Shown here one piece after another: positions 29,643 to 39,813 of a stretch of DNA of 64,000 nucleotides. The stretch is from Candidatus Bathyarchaeota archaeon (GTDB lineage: Archaea > Thermoproteota > Bathyarchaeia > Bathyarchaeales > Bathycorpusculaceae): contig CAWHXY010000007.1 of NCBI GenBank assembly GCA_963833575.1, positions 64,001 through 128,000 on the forward strand. The letters run 5' to 3'. Position numbers and translations under genes: made by a program. The notes under the pieces are model-generated. The model was not told the DNA's origin. It did not search any database and saw nothing but the letters and a program-made list of their open reading frames with translations. Position 1 is the stretch's first letter. The number at the start of each line of letters is the position of its first letter.

Positions 29643-29924
29643 TTATGCTGGTTCGAGTTTTATCTCAAAAATGTGGCCGGTAAGGTTTGGCTTTTTTTCT
29701 TGTGCGATGATCTCTAATGTGATTAGTGGAATAAGTATTCGGCCGTCTTTGCTCATTTTTGCGTAAAAGAACTGCCAGCCTTGAAAGGAACCAGGAAGCC
29801 AGATGCAGACTTTTAGAACTTGGTCCGGCTCGATCTTGAATTGCCAACGCATCAATTTTGGGATTGCAATTCTGTTGTTTTTTTGAAGCGGTGCTTTAAA
29901 GGAGATTCTTGATGATAGCGGCAT
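29643..29924 (-). CDS. Tandem-AbrB (MraZ-like) small DNA-binding protein, element copy A
   Basis: Probable start MPLSSRISFKA; two AbrB-type motifs, NNRIAIPK and KDGRILIP; paralog of 42931-43206. Confidence 0.8.
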   Translation of the reverse strand: MPLSSRISFKAPLQKNNRIAIPKLMRWQFKIEPDQVLKVCIWLPGSFQGWQFFYAKMSKDGRILIPLITLEIIAQEKKPNLTGHIFEIKLEPA

Positions 29925-29960
29925 CTGTAATCGACAACAACAAGTAGATTCAGAATTTAT

Positions 29961-30030
29961 AAACCTTTTATTGCCTCTAGTTACCTTCATTTGCCTTTAA
30001 TTGCCTTTTGACGGCTTTAGTTGCCTCTAC
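29961..30030 (-). repeat. Seven degenerate 10-bp tandem repeats (+ strand consensus TTGCCTYTAR) upstream of copy A
   Basis: aaacctttta ttgcctctag ttaccttcat ttgcctttaa ttgccttttg acggctttag ttgcctctac; abuts TATA-like TTTATAAA at 29956-29963. Confidence 0.85.
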
Positions 30031-30145
30031 CTGCAAACACTACTTGCCCTAAAGCAAAAAAGCAAACCAAAACAAACTGAACAAAAACTGCACTGAATTC
30101 AGCACCCACTTCGTTCCGCAAATCCGACCAGTTTTATACAGATTA

Positions 30146-31261
30146 TTAGAAACGGAATTTGTGGCTTTTGTTTTGAACTTCTGAGTTGAATTCTTTAGCT
30201 AATTGCTCAAGAAGAATCCGTTGCTGGGCTGTTAATTTTTCTGGAACTGAAATTCCCACTCGGACATGTAGGTCGCCTTTGCCGTAAGCTCTGAAACGTG
30301 GCATTCCTTTTCCTCTCAGAGTTATGGTTTCGCCTATTTGGGTTCCTGGATGAATCTTAATGTTTGTTGGTCCATCAAGCGTTGGAATTGTTACTTCAGC
30401 GCCAAGAGCCGCCTGTGGATAAGTAATCATAGCTACGTGCCATAGGTCGTCTCCTTCGCGCATGAATTGTTGATTAGGCTTGACATGAACGACAACGTAG
30501 AGGTCGCCTGGTTCGCCGTTGCTTGACGTCATGTCGCCTTCTCCTCTGAGCCTAAGCTGATTACCTTCGTCAATTCCCATAGGCACATGCACGGTAATTT
30601 TTCTTCGTTTTCTAACTAGCCCTGCACCCCGACAATTGCCGCAGGGAGTTTCAATTAATCTACCTTTTCCCTTACATTGTGGGCAAGCTGCAACTTGAAC
30701 AAATATTCCGAAACTGCTTCTATGCTGTACTTGCACTTGCCCTGAACCGCCACATCTTGGACACACTTTAGCTGACGTGCCTGGAGCAGCACCTGAACCC
30801 CCGCAAACATCACAACGCTCCGTTCTCGGAATCTCGATTTCCTTATCGACACCCTTGGCAGCTTCTTCCAACGTTACTTCGATGTCATAAGCTAAGTCTT
30901 GGCCTCTGTTACTTCTTTCAGCCCCAAATCCACTTCCTCCACCAAAGAAAGTTCGAAAAATATCGCCAAACCCCATATCCCGAAAGACAGAGTCAAAATC
31001 GGCACCTCTGAAAATGTCCTCTTGCTTATATCTCTGATCAAAACCAGAATGACCTAATGTATCATATTGTTGTCTCTTTTGGTCGTCTGAGAGAACAGCG
31101 TAAGCTTCGGAGATTTCTTTGAATCTTTCTTCTGCCCCCGGGTCCTTGTTACGGTCAGGATGAAATTCCATCGCTAGCTTTCTATACGCATCCTTGATTT
31201 GATCTTTTGAAGCCTCACGTTGAACGCCTAGAACTTCGTAGTAATCTCTTTTTTCAGCCAT
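30146..31261 (-). CDS. dnaJ: Chaperone DnaJ
   Basis: J domain with HPD; four CxxCxGxG repeats. Confidence 0.97.
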   Translation of the reverse strand: MAEKRDYYEVLGVQREASKDQIKDAYRKLAMEFHPDRNKDPGAEERFKEISEAYAVLSDDQKRQQYDTLGHSGFDQRYKQEDIFRGADFDSVFRDMGFGDIFRTFFGGGSGFGAERSNRGQDLAYDIEVTLEEAAKGVDKEIEIPRTERCDVCGGSGAAPGTSAKVCPRCGGSGQVQVQHRSSFGIFVQVAACPQCKGKGRLIETPCGNCRGAGLVRKRRKITVHVPMGIDEGNQLRLRGEGDMTSSNGEPGDLYVVVHVKPNQQFMREGDDLWHVAMITYPQAALGAEVTIPTLDGPTNIKIHPGTQIGETITLRGKGMPRFRAYGKGDLHVRVGISVPEKLTAQQRILLEQLAKEFNSEVQNKSHKFRF

Positions 31262-31748
31262 TTGCTATTTACCGCTAAATTAACATTGTATCTAACTTTA
31301 AGTATGCTGTCCAGACTGGGATTTATACCATTTCCCTACAATTTGCCTGTTTTTGGGTAGAAATGGTTTTCGTTCAAACCGGTTTTAGCCCTTTTTGTAA
31401 CTTGTTTTCTATTTTCTGTTATGACAATGTTAGTCTGAGTTGTGGCTTATCACTTGCATGTTATATCGAAATTTTGAATCTTTCATTGAATTCGGGGATA
31501 GTTTTTTCTAATTAGACTATTTCTGAAGTGAAACTCAGTCTGCAATGAGGTTAGTTTTCATACTTGAAAAAATCTAAGTGCATGGCTGCGTTTTTTGATA
31601 ATTTAGATAAAGAATACGTTCAATTTTGTCTTTATTTAATGTAAACAATCTCTTTTTTGAAGAATTAGTTAAGGGTAATTTTAGCATAAATTTATAAATG
31701 AAATTTAATCCATGCTTAGTCATTGAATTTTAAGGAGAAAGAATAAAA

Positions 31749-34700
31749 ATGCAAATTGCAAAAAATAAAGCAGCAGCTATTATGATTGCTATTTTAATGA
31801 TAATTTCAATCGGAGCTTCAACATCGTTTATGCCAACTACAAAAGCACATACACCATCCTGGCAGATTCCAACATACGCTTACATTGTTGCAGAACCCAG
31901 CCCCATAGGTGTAGGCCAGAGAATTCAAATTTACATGTGGCTTGACACAGTATATGGAGCAGCCGGCGGAACTACAGCCGCTATAGGCACAAATGCCTCA
32001 ACAGTTAGCGCAGCATTGCTAGCAAACAGCTACAGATTCCACAACTACAAACTTACAATTACGGCTCCAGACGGAACAAACTCAACACAAACTTTCGCAA
32101 TTGTCCAAGACACCACATCAAACCAATACGCAACATATGTTCCATCCCAAACTGGCACTTACACTTTCACATTTAACTATCCAGGCGAACCATACGTTGG
32201 TTACGAAAAATCAATACTTGTGAACGATACTTACCTGCCAAGTTCTGCTTCAACAGCAGTCACCGTTCAGCAAACTGCCATACCTCTACCGGTAAATAGC
32301 TATCCTCTTCCCGAAGCATACTGGACCCATCCAATCTACGGTGAAAACACCGACTGGTGGACAATCTCATCAAACTGGTTAGGTTCAGGTAACCCCGTTC
32401 CAGCAGGCTACACTAGCTCAACACTGTATCATGGAGACGCAGTAGGACCACAAACAGGACACGTAATGTGGACAAAGCCACTTCAATTCGGAGGAGTTGT
32501 CGGCGGTAACCAATTTGTCGCTGGCGGTTCAAATCCAAACGGAGCAGTTCCAGGCGCAGCCTACTTCGACGGTGTTTCGTATCAGCCAAGATTCACAAAC
32601 CCAATCATAATCAATGGATACCTATTCTACACTGAAGTATCATCATTTACAGGTCCCACAAGCGGGCCAACCGATGCAGTTGATCTTCGCACAGGGCAAG
32701 TTCTTTGGTCCAAGATGATTCCACCACTATCATTTGGCTACATATTCAACCTCTGGGATCCAGACCAACACGGAGTCTATCCACCAGTATTAGTTGCCCA
32801 AATCGGAGGCGGCGTTACCGGTCTGCCTGTTACATGGATGTTGATTGACGCTTACACAGGCGTTGGTCTCTTCAATGTAACTGATATTCCAGGATTCGCC
32901 GGACAAACAGGCCAAACCGTAGGAGGACAACCAGCCACAGCTCTCACAACATTTACAGCAGCAGGACCAAACGGTGAACCTCTAAGATACGTCTTTGAAA
33001 ACGCAGGCACATCTGCAAATCCAAACTGGTATCTTGCTGAATGGAACATGTCAAAACTTTGGCTTTATGACGTTAACCCATACACTGGCGGCGGAAGTCT
33101 ATCACCTGATGTTGTCAATGTCACTGTTGGAAATGGCGGTGGAAACCTCGTTGTTAACATGCCTATCCCACTTGCAGGCGAAACTGGTACTACTCCAGCT
33201 GGAGGCTCGGTCTTTATCCCATATGGTTCTACAATAACCGTTAATGGAAGCACTACTATCGCTCAAGGCAATGCTATATCCTCAGCTAACCCAACAGGTA
33301 AGTATGATTGGAACGTTTCGGTTCCTTGGCTAAACACCATGCCTCTGCAACCCGCATATAACGTTAACACGGGCGCAATAGTTCCACAAGTTATGCAGGG
33401 AAATTGTCCAACATTCCTCGCTGCAGGCGGAGTTAATCCAGTATCTATTGTCGCAGCTAACACCGGAGACATTATGCTCTGCAGAAACGGCACTCTACCC
33501 ACTGGTTATGCTACCACTACCACAGGCTATCCACAATTACCATACACAATGTTCGCTGTTAACCTCAACGCATCTCGCGGAGCCATCGGTTCAATTCTTT
33601 GGATGCAAAACTATAATCCACCAGCAGGCAACATCACTTTGCAACAGAGCGCAGTTGATTATCAGAACCGAGTCTTCATTCTTAGTTACAGAGAAACGAT
33701 GCAGTGGATAGCTTACAATCTTGACACCGGCGCGTTAATGTGGGGTCCAACACCATCGCAAGCAGCTTTTGACTACTACGGTACACCAGGTGTTCCTACG
33801 TTGACAGCTACACTTGCATACGGCAAACTCTATAGCATGTCATTTGCAGGGATAATGTACACATACGACATCAAGACGGGAAATCTACTATGGACATATG
33901 GAAATGGCGGTGAAGGCAACACAACTTTCGCAGGCTTTGCTACACCCTACGGAGTCTATCCAACTTTCGTACAATCTATTGCCAACGGAATAGTCTACAT
34001 AGCAACTGATGAACACACAATACCAGACCCTCTCTACAAAGGCTCAACCACAGCAGGCATTAACGCCACATCAGGACAAGAAATATGGACACTTTCAGAC
34101 TATCCAGCTGAATGGTCATCCAGCGGCACGGCGTACGTTGTCGCAGACGGCTATGCAACATTCATGAATAGTTACGACAACAATATCTACAGTGTAGGCA
34201 GAGGACCAAGCGCAACCACAGTACAGGCGCCACTAACTGCGATCACAGCAGGCGACAAAGTAGTCATACAAGGCACAGTAATGGACATTTCAGCAGGCAC
34301 AAAACAAACCCAACAAGCAGCTGACTTCCCAAGTGGAGTTCCAGTTGCATCCGATGCAAGCATGAAAGACTGGATGGGCTACGTCTACCAACAGAAACCG
34401 CTTCCAACCAACTTTACAGGCGTTCCAGTGTCAATAATCGCTATTGATCCAAACGGTAACTACATCACTATTGGCAATGCCCAAACCAGCGCAAATGGCT
34501 TATACTACTTTACTTGGACTACTCCAAGTGTTCCAGGCGACTACTCCATCTACGCTACATTCGCTGGCACAAACGGTTACTGGCCATCAACAGCACAGAC
34601 TACAGTCAACGTAGAGCAAGCACCATCTCACACTGCAGCACCTACATCAACACCAGTATCTATGGCTGATCAATACTTCCTACCAGTATCTGCAGTCTTG

Positions 34701-34763
34701 ATAATCGCAATAATCATAGTTGGTGTCTTAGTAGCACTATCTATGTTTAGAAAGCGACCATAA
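31749..34763 (+). CDS. Large secreted PQQ-like beta-propeller surface protein with C-terminal anchor
   Basis: Signal peptide; repeated D..TG..LW motifs; C-terminus ADQYFLP-TM-RKRP; paralog of 60169-62736. Confidence 0.85.
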   Translation: MQIAKNKAAAIMIAILMIISIGASTSFMPTTKAHTPSWQIPTYAYIVAEPSPIGVGQRIQIYMWLDTVYGAAGGTTAAIGTNASTVSAALLANSYRFHNYKLTITAPDGTNSTQTFAIVQDTTSNQYATYVPSQTGTYTFTFNYPGEPYVGYEKSILVNDTYLPSSASTAVTVQQTAIPLPVNSYPLPEAYWTHPIYGENTDWWTISSNWLGSGNPVPAGYTSSTLYHGDAVGPQTGHVMWTKPLQFGGVVGGNQFVAGGSNPNGAVPGAAYFDGVSYQPRFTNPIIINGYLFYTEVSSFTGPTSGPTDAVDLRTGQVLWSKMIPPLSFGYIFNLWDPDQHGVYPPVLVAQIGGGVTGLPVTWMLIDAYTGVGLFNVTDIPGFAGQTGQTVGGQPATALTTFTAAGPNGEPLRYVFENAGTSANPNWYLAEWNMSKLWLYDVNPYTGGGSLSPDVVNVTVGNGGGNLVVNMPIPLAGETGTTPAGGSVFIPYGSTITVNGSTTIAQGNAISSANPTGKYDWNVSVPWLNTMPLQPAYNVNTGAIVPQVMQGNCPTFLAAGGVNPVSIVAANTGDIMLCRNGTLPTGYATTTTGYPQLPYTMFAVNLNASRGAIGSILWMQNYNPPAGNITLQQSAVDYQNRVFILSYRETMQWIAYNLDTGALMWGPTPSQAAFDYYGTPGVPTLTATLAYGKLYSMSFAGIMYTYDIKTGNLLWTYGNGGEGNTTFAGFATPYGVYPTFVQSIANGIVYIATDEHTIPDPLYKGSTTAGINATSGQEIWTLSDYPAEWSSSGTAYVVADGYATFMNSYDNNIYSVGRGPSATTVQAPLTAITAGDKVVIQGTVMDISAGTKQTQQAADFPSGVPVASDASMKDWMGYVYQQKPLPTNFTGVPVSIIAIDPNGNYITIGNAQTSANGLYYFTWTTPSVPGDYSIYATFAGTNGYWPSTAQTTVNVEQAPSHTAAPTSTPVSMADQYFLPVSAVLIIAIIIVGVLVALSMFRKRP

Positions 34764-34777
34764 GAACACAAAAATAC

Positions 34778-34796
34778 CTTTTTTCTTTTTTTTCTT
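34778..34796 (+). terminator. Oligo-T archaeal terminator candidate
   Basis: CTTTTTTCTTTTTTTTCTT directly after the stop of 31749-34763. Confidence 0.5.
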
Positions 34797-34911
34797 CAAT
34801 TAAACATAATAGTAGATCTAGAACTTGATTTTTTAAATTTATATCGATTTTAAGGATTTTGATAACAACAAAAATCTGAGAAATGAAAAAAGATGAAAAT
34901 TGCGGAAGAGG

Positions 34912-36840
34912 CTACTTTACTTTGTAGTCCTCTGAGTCAACAACTTTCTCTTCACCAGAGCCTTCTGGGCTTGGTCCTTCAGGTCCGCCGCTTGGGGGTG
35001 GTTGAGGTCCAGTTCCTGTTTCTGGTCCTTGACCTGGTTGCTGTCCTTGTTGTTTAGCGTATTCTGAAGCTGCTTGCTGGTATACTTTGGTTCCGACTTC
35101 CTGCAGAACTTTTTGGAGCAAGTCAGATTTTGCTTTAACCTGGGTCATGTCATTGGTTGCCAATGCGTTCTTGAGTTCTGTTACGGCTGTGTCGATTTTG
35201 GCGACTTCTTCTTGTGAAATTTTGCCAGCAAGATCTGTCTTGGTTCGTTCGGCTGTGTAAACGAGGCTGTCAGCATTGTTTCGGGTTTCGGCTTCTTCTC
35301 TTTTCTTTTTGTCTTGTTCTGCGTATTGGTCGGCGTCTTTGATCAGGCGTTCTTTTTCCTCTTTGGACAGTTTTGTGGATGCGGTTATTCGTATTTTTGA
35401 CTCTTTTCCTGTGCCCAAGTCTTTGGCCGTGACGTTTAATATTCCGTTGGCGTCTATATCAAAGGTTACTTCTATCTGCGGGACACCTCTTGGCGCTGGC
35501 GGCAAATCTACGAGATTAAAAGTTCCAAGTGAAACGTTGTCACCAGCCATTGCCCGTTCACCTTGAAGTACGTGAATGGTGACCGCAGTTTGGAAGTCAG
35601 CTGCGGTAGTGAAGATTTGGCTTCTTTTAGTTGGAATCGTAGTGTTTTTGTCCATTACTTTAGTCATTACTCCGCCCATAGTTTCTAAACCAAGCGTTAA
35701 TGGGGTGACATCAAGTAGTAGTAGGTCAGTAACTTCGCCTGATACGACTCCGCCTTGGATTGCTGCACCGATGGCTACGCTTTCCATAGGGTCTATGCCG
35801 CGTTCAGGGGCTTTGCCTAAGATTTGCTCGACGAATCTTTGCACAAGGGGCATTCTAGTCATGCCGCCAATTAAGATGATTTTGTCTATTCCTTGTGGAG
35901 TTAGTTTTGCATCTTCGAGAGCTTTAAGAAGAGTAGGTTGTGTTCGTTGCACTATTGGTTGTGCTAATGATTCTAGTTTTGTCCTGGTTAACGTAAGATG
36001 TAGATGTTTGGGTCCGGAAGCGTCTGCAGTTAAGAATGGCAAGTCAATATCTGTACTCATTAACGTAGAAAGTTCGATTTTGGCTTTTTCTGCAGCGTCT
36101 TTTAGCCTTGGCATTGCCATTCTGTCACTTGAGATATCTATGCCTGTTTGGCGTTTGAACTCGCCTAAGATATAGTCCATTACTGCTTTGTCAACGTCAG
36201 TTCCACCGAGTTGGGTGTCACCACTTGTGCTGAGCACTTGGAAGACCCCTTTTCCAAAATCCATTACCGTCACATCGTGAGTGCCGCCGCCGAAACTAAA
36301 AATAAGAATTTTCATTTCCTGCTGCAACTTGTCTATTCCATAAGCTAGGCATGCAGCTGTTGGTTCGTTGATTATTCGCATAACTTGGAAGCCTGCAATT
36401 TCTCCCGCGTCTTTGGTGGCTTGGCGTTGATTGTCGTTGAAATGTGCTGGGACAGTAATGACTGCTTTGTTTATTGTTCCACCTAAGTAGATTTCAGCAT
36501 CTTTTTTTATCTTTTGAAGAATAAACGCTGAAATTTGCTGCGGACTGTATTCTTTTCCGTAAATGTTGACTTTGTAGTCAGTGCCCATTTTGCGTTTTAT
36601 TTCAAAAACTGTTCCTTCTGGGTTGGTAGCTGCTTGGCGTTTCGCCGGTTCTCCTACCAAGAGTTGTCCATCTTTTGTGAAGGCTACAACTGATGGGAAC
36701 ATTTTTCCAGCCATAGTTGGGCCTTCCGCACTTGGAATAACCGTGGCATGTCCGCCTTCATATATGGCAGCTGCTGAATTGGTTGTTCCTAAGTCTATTC
36801 CTAATACTTTTTGATTTGTTTTTTGATTTTGATTGCTCAT
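34912..36840 (-). CDS. dnaK: Chaperone DnaK (Hsp70)
   Basis: [18 protein letters not shown] and [15 protein letters not shown] motifs. Confidence 0.97.
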   Translation of the reverse strand: MSNQNQKTNQKVLGIDLGTTNSAAAIYEGGHATVIPSAEGPTMAGKMFPSVVAFTKDGQLLVGEPAKRQAATNPEGTVFEIKRKMGTDYKVNIYGKEYSPQQISAFILQKIKKDAEIYLGGTINKAVITVPAHFNDNQRQATKDAGEIAGFQVMRIINEPTAACLAYGIDKLQQEMKILIFSFGGGTHDVTVMDFGKGVFQVLSTSGDTQLGGTDVDKAVMDYILGEFKRQTGIDISSDRMAMPRLKDAAEKAKIELSTLMSTDIDLPFLTADASGPKHLHLTLTRTKLESLAQPIVQRTQPTLLKALEDAKLTPQGIDKIILIGGMTRMPLVQRFVEQILGKAPERGIDPMESVAIGAAIQGGVVSGEVTDLLLLDVTPLTLGLETMGGVMTKVMDKNTTIPTKRSQIFTTAADFQTAVTIHVLQGERAMAGDNVSLGTFNLVDLPPAPRGVPQIEVTFDIDANGILNVTAKDLGTGKESKIRITASTKLSKEEKERLIKDADQYAEQDKKKREEAETRNNADSLVYTAERTKTDLAGKISQEEVAKIDTAVTELKNALATNDMTQVKAKSDLLQKVLQEVGTKVYQQAASEYAKQQGQQPGQGPETGTGPQPPPSGGPEGPSPEGSGEEKVVDSEDYKVK

Positions 36841-37371
36841 TTATTTTTTTTCCTCCGTTTGGTTACTTTGATTTTTTGGTTTAACTGATACCTTGACGAT
36901 TGTAGGTCTGATAACTTTACCCCTCATAAGGTAACCTTTTCTTATTTCCTCAAGGACGGTGCCATCAGCGACATCATCTTGTTCTACAACGGCAATTGCA
37001 TTATGTCGTGAGGGGTCAAAAAGCTTACCTTCTGGGTTATCTATTGCTGTTACGCCTTCTTGCTCAAGAACCTTTCTGAATTTTTTTAGCGTCATTTCTA
37101 CGCCTTCTATCAGAGATTCGGGCGAGATGGAGATCTCACCGTTTTTGACCGCTAACTCCAACTCATCAACAACATCTAATAAATTTATAACTAGCCGTTC
37201 GATGCAGTAATTTTTTACCTGCTCGGCTTCTCTTTCTGATCTTTTTTTGATGTTTTCTAGATCAGCTTGCAAATACTTTAGCCTACTTAAGTAGTCTTCT
37301 GATCGTTTTCTTTCGCTATCCAAAAGCTGTTCTAAATTGTTAACAGACTGCTCTTTTTGATCTTCAACCAT
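36841..37371 (-). CDS. grpE: Nucleotide exchange factor GrpE
   Basis: LQADLEN.KKR, FDPSRHNA and GY.M.GKVIRP motifs; start trimmed to MVEDQ; abuts dnaK. Confidence 0.93.
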   Translation of the reverse strand: MVEDQKEQSVNNLEQLLDSERKRSEDYLSRLKYLQADLENIKKRSEREAEQVKNYCIERLVINLLDVVDELELAVKNGEISISPESLIEGVEMTLKKFRKVLEQEGVTAIDNPEGKLFDPSRHNAIAVVEQDDVADGTVLEEIRKGYLMRGKVIRPTIVKVSVKPKNQSNQTEEKK

Positions 37372-37515
37372 AGCGGCTAATCCCTTGTTGCTCAAAACCA
37401 ATCTTATACTGTTAAAGAAAAATTTTTCTCTCTTAAAAAGAATTTGGCGCAAAAATGTGTAATAATAAAGTCTTTTAAAGCTAAAAGCTCAACTAATCGC
37501 GAGGAAAAAAGGTTA

Positions 37516-38595
37516 TCAGCCGATTAGGCGTTTCACTTTAGGAATCTTCTTGAGTGGAACAATGATTGCGAGGCAGATAAGCAATGTCACGAAGGTGACT
37601 AATGGGATTTCTATTATTGGGTTAATTGTAGTTACGCTTATTTTAAAGCCCAAATATCCTTTTTGTAGCGTTTCTAGCACAATAACGTGAAACAGGTAAA
37701 TCGGCAGAATATTCTGACTGATCAACTTAAGCGCTTGGTTGCCCTTTGCGAAACGATTTTCAAATGTTCGGGCAGAAACAGAAAGTAGCATAAGGAACAA
37801 AACAACTGAACTAGTTATTACACTGATACTAGAAGCGTCAAGAAAGAATTGACTATAGGTTTCTCCAATTGTTCCAATCAAAAAATAAGTGCCGATTATT
37901 GTCCAAATGGAACTTAAAACAAGACATAAGAAAAGAATCGATGGCCGAAGCTTTAACTTTGTCACGTAAGCACCTAAAACAAAATAACCTATCATTCCGG
38001 TTAGAACAAAAACGGTTTGTTTAAACCATACAGCTTGTGGACTGATGGAGGAATAAAGCGTGAGAAGAGGCACTACAGCAGTACCCAAAAACCAAAGTAA
38101 CAAAAAATATTTTATAATTCTTATATCTGCGTGTTCTACTAGAACACGAATGATAGGAGTTAGAAGGTATAAACCGACTAGAAGATATAGAAACCAGAAG
38201 TGAAAATAGGGTCCTGCAAGTAAACCTTGAATTATGGCGTTTAGACTAAATGTTTCTCCTCTAACAATGAATCGCCATGCAAAATAGATTGCCGCCCAAA
38301 ATAGAATTGGTATACCTATCCGATTCCATCGTTTCTTTAAAAAAACTCTTATGGGCTCATTCAGTTTGCTTGGTTGAAGCAGAAGAGCGCCAGTTAACAT
38401 GATGAATAATGGTACGCATGTTAATGAGAATGACTCGTAAGCATGAGATGTCCACCATAACTGAACTCCTTGCGGAGACATAAAGTCGACCGTCAAATTC
38501 GGCTCAATCGCTGCATGGAGTAAAATAACTAAAACTATAGCTACTGTACGGATAAGATCTACAGGAATAGAAATATCCCCGTTTTTTGGGTACAA
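37516..38595 (-). CDS. Acyltransferase family 3 (O-acyltransferase)
   Basis: DLIR..AI..VI..H, VPLFIMLTG and HFWFLY motifs; about 10 TMs. Confidence 0.88.
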   Translation of the reverse strand: MYPKNGDISIPVDLIRTVAIVLVILLHAAIEPNLTVDFMSPQGVQLWWTSHAYESFSLTCVPLFIMLTGALLLQPSKLNEPIRVFLKKRWNRIGIPILFWAAIYFAWRFIVRGETFSLNAIIQGLLAGPYFHFWFLYLLVGLYLLTPIIRVLVEHADIRIIKYFLLLWFLGTAVVPLLTLYSSISPQAVWFKQTVFVLTGMIGYFVLGAYVTKLKLRPSILFLCLVLSSIWTIIGTYFLIGTIGETYSQFFLDASSISVITSSVVLFLMLLSVSARTFENRFAKGNQALKLISQNILPIYLFHVIVLETLQKGYLGFKISVTTINPIIEIPLVTFVTLLICLAIIVPLKKIPKVKRLIG

Positions 38596-38768
38596 TTTCG
38601 GTCCCTTTAATCTCCAACTATGTTCTTTATGGATAAATTGTTAATAATACTTTGCATTATTGCCTAAAACGATGTCAAATAAAGAAAATAGGCTGTTTTA
38701 ACCGAACATGCCCAAATTAGCTTAATCAAAGAAACAAGTCGCTGAGATTCGAAAACTTAATTCATGAA

Positions 38769-39449
38769 TCACGGATTGACGAGTTCTTGAGAAATTATCG
38801 CGTTATCTACTTCGGATGCGATAAGCGCCGTTCCTTCGCCATTTGGATGGACACCATCCATGAAATAGTCTGAATGATTAGTAAAAGCATTGTAGACATT
38901 AACTGTCGGTAAATTAAGAGTGGTCGCCAAGTTGTCAATTTGCGGAATAACATCATTGGCAAGATATGTATTGTTGTAGTCTGGATTACTGGTAAATATT
39001 GGTGGTGAGTCAACTACAAAAATTTGAGGGTTGCTCTTAAGATTTTGGAAAGATGAAAGAAGCAGACTGTAAGTTTCTTCAAAAGTTTTATTGTATTGAC
39101 TAAGGTCCGTGCGAGCATCGTTAGTTCCCAGCATAATAACTACAACTTTTGGTTCGAATTCTTCAGCTTTTTGAAACGCGGTCTGGTTCATATACGGTTT
39201 TGTAGAATTAAGTGACACCGTGGAACCGCTTACTCCAAAGTTTCCCACGACGTACTTACTGCCCAGCATCAATTGCAGCTTTGCAGGGTACCCGCTTGCT
39301 TGAGTAATGCTATCGCCAACGCATGCGACTCGAATTGGTTTATGTGGCAGTTCCATAAATTGAGCATTCATTTCTTGAAAGGCGGCCATGTACGATGCCA
39401 TTATCATTATTATGGCTCCTACTGCATATATTGTCATTTTATTATTCAT
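38769..39449 (-). CDS. SGNH/GDSL hydrolase, secreted or anchored
   Basis: GDSIT, GVSG, GTND and DGVHP motifs; N-terminal hydrophobic segment. Confidence 0.9.
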   Translation of the reverse strand: MNNKMTIYAVGAIIMIMASYMAAFQEMNAQFMELPHKPIRVACVGDSITQASGYPAKLQLMLGSKYVVGNFGVSGSTVSLNSTKPYMNQTAFQKAEEFEPKVVVIMLGTNDARTDLSQYNKTFEETYSLLLSSFQNLKSNPQIFVVDSPPIFTSNPDYNNTYLANDVIPQIDNLATTLNLPTVNVYNAFTNHSDYFMDGVHPNGEGTALIASEVDNAIISQELVNP

Positions 39450-39813
39450 GTTTTTTCAGGTCTGCCCAGCAATTCTTAGCCTTAAGTCTACATTGAATTT
39501 TGGCTCGTCTTTTGCAAAGTAATTTCCATGCGTTTAAAGCTAAAAGAAGGTTAAAGAACCCATAAATATGCTTGACGGTGTGAAGATTGTTTTTGGAACT
39601 TACAGGACTTGCAGTAGCCCAATGTTTCTCAAACAATAACGTAACGAAGAGACTTCAAGTAACGGCCAAGCTTTTTTGGAGAGGAAATCAAGCTCATCTG
39701 CTTTAAATTATAGCTTTTTCAAATTAACGTAAATTGATGATTGTTGAACAAGAAATGAAGTTGTAAATAATATTACCGCAACTTGAAACAAAAATTTGGG
39801 AATAGACGAGGCT

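Noticed and set aside
29925-29990. N-terminal extension of the 115-aa ORF
   Set aside because: It runs through the TATA box and repeat array; the paralog starts at MPL.
34940-35060. Gly/Pro/Gln low-complexity repeat
   Set aside because: Ordinary disordered DnaK C-terminal tail.
35276-36814. Long antisense ORFs over dnaK (similar ones over alaS, acs and the activases)
   Set aside because: Shadow frames of conserved genes with no independent coding signal.
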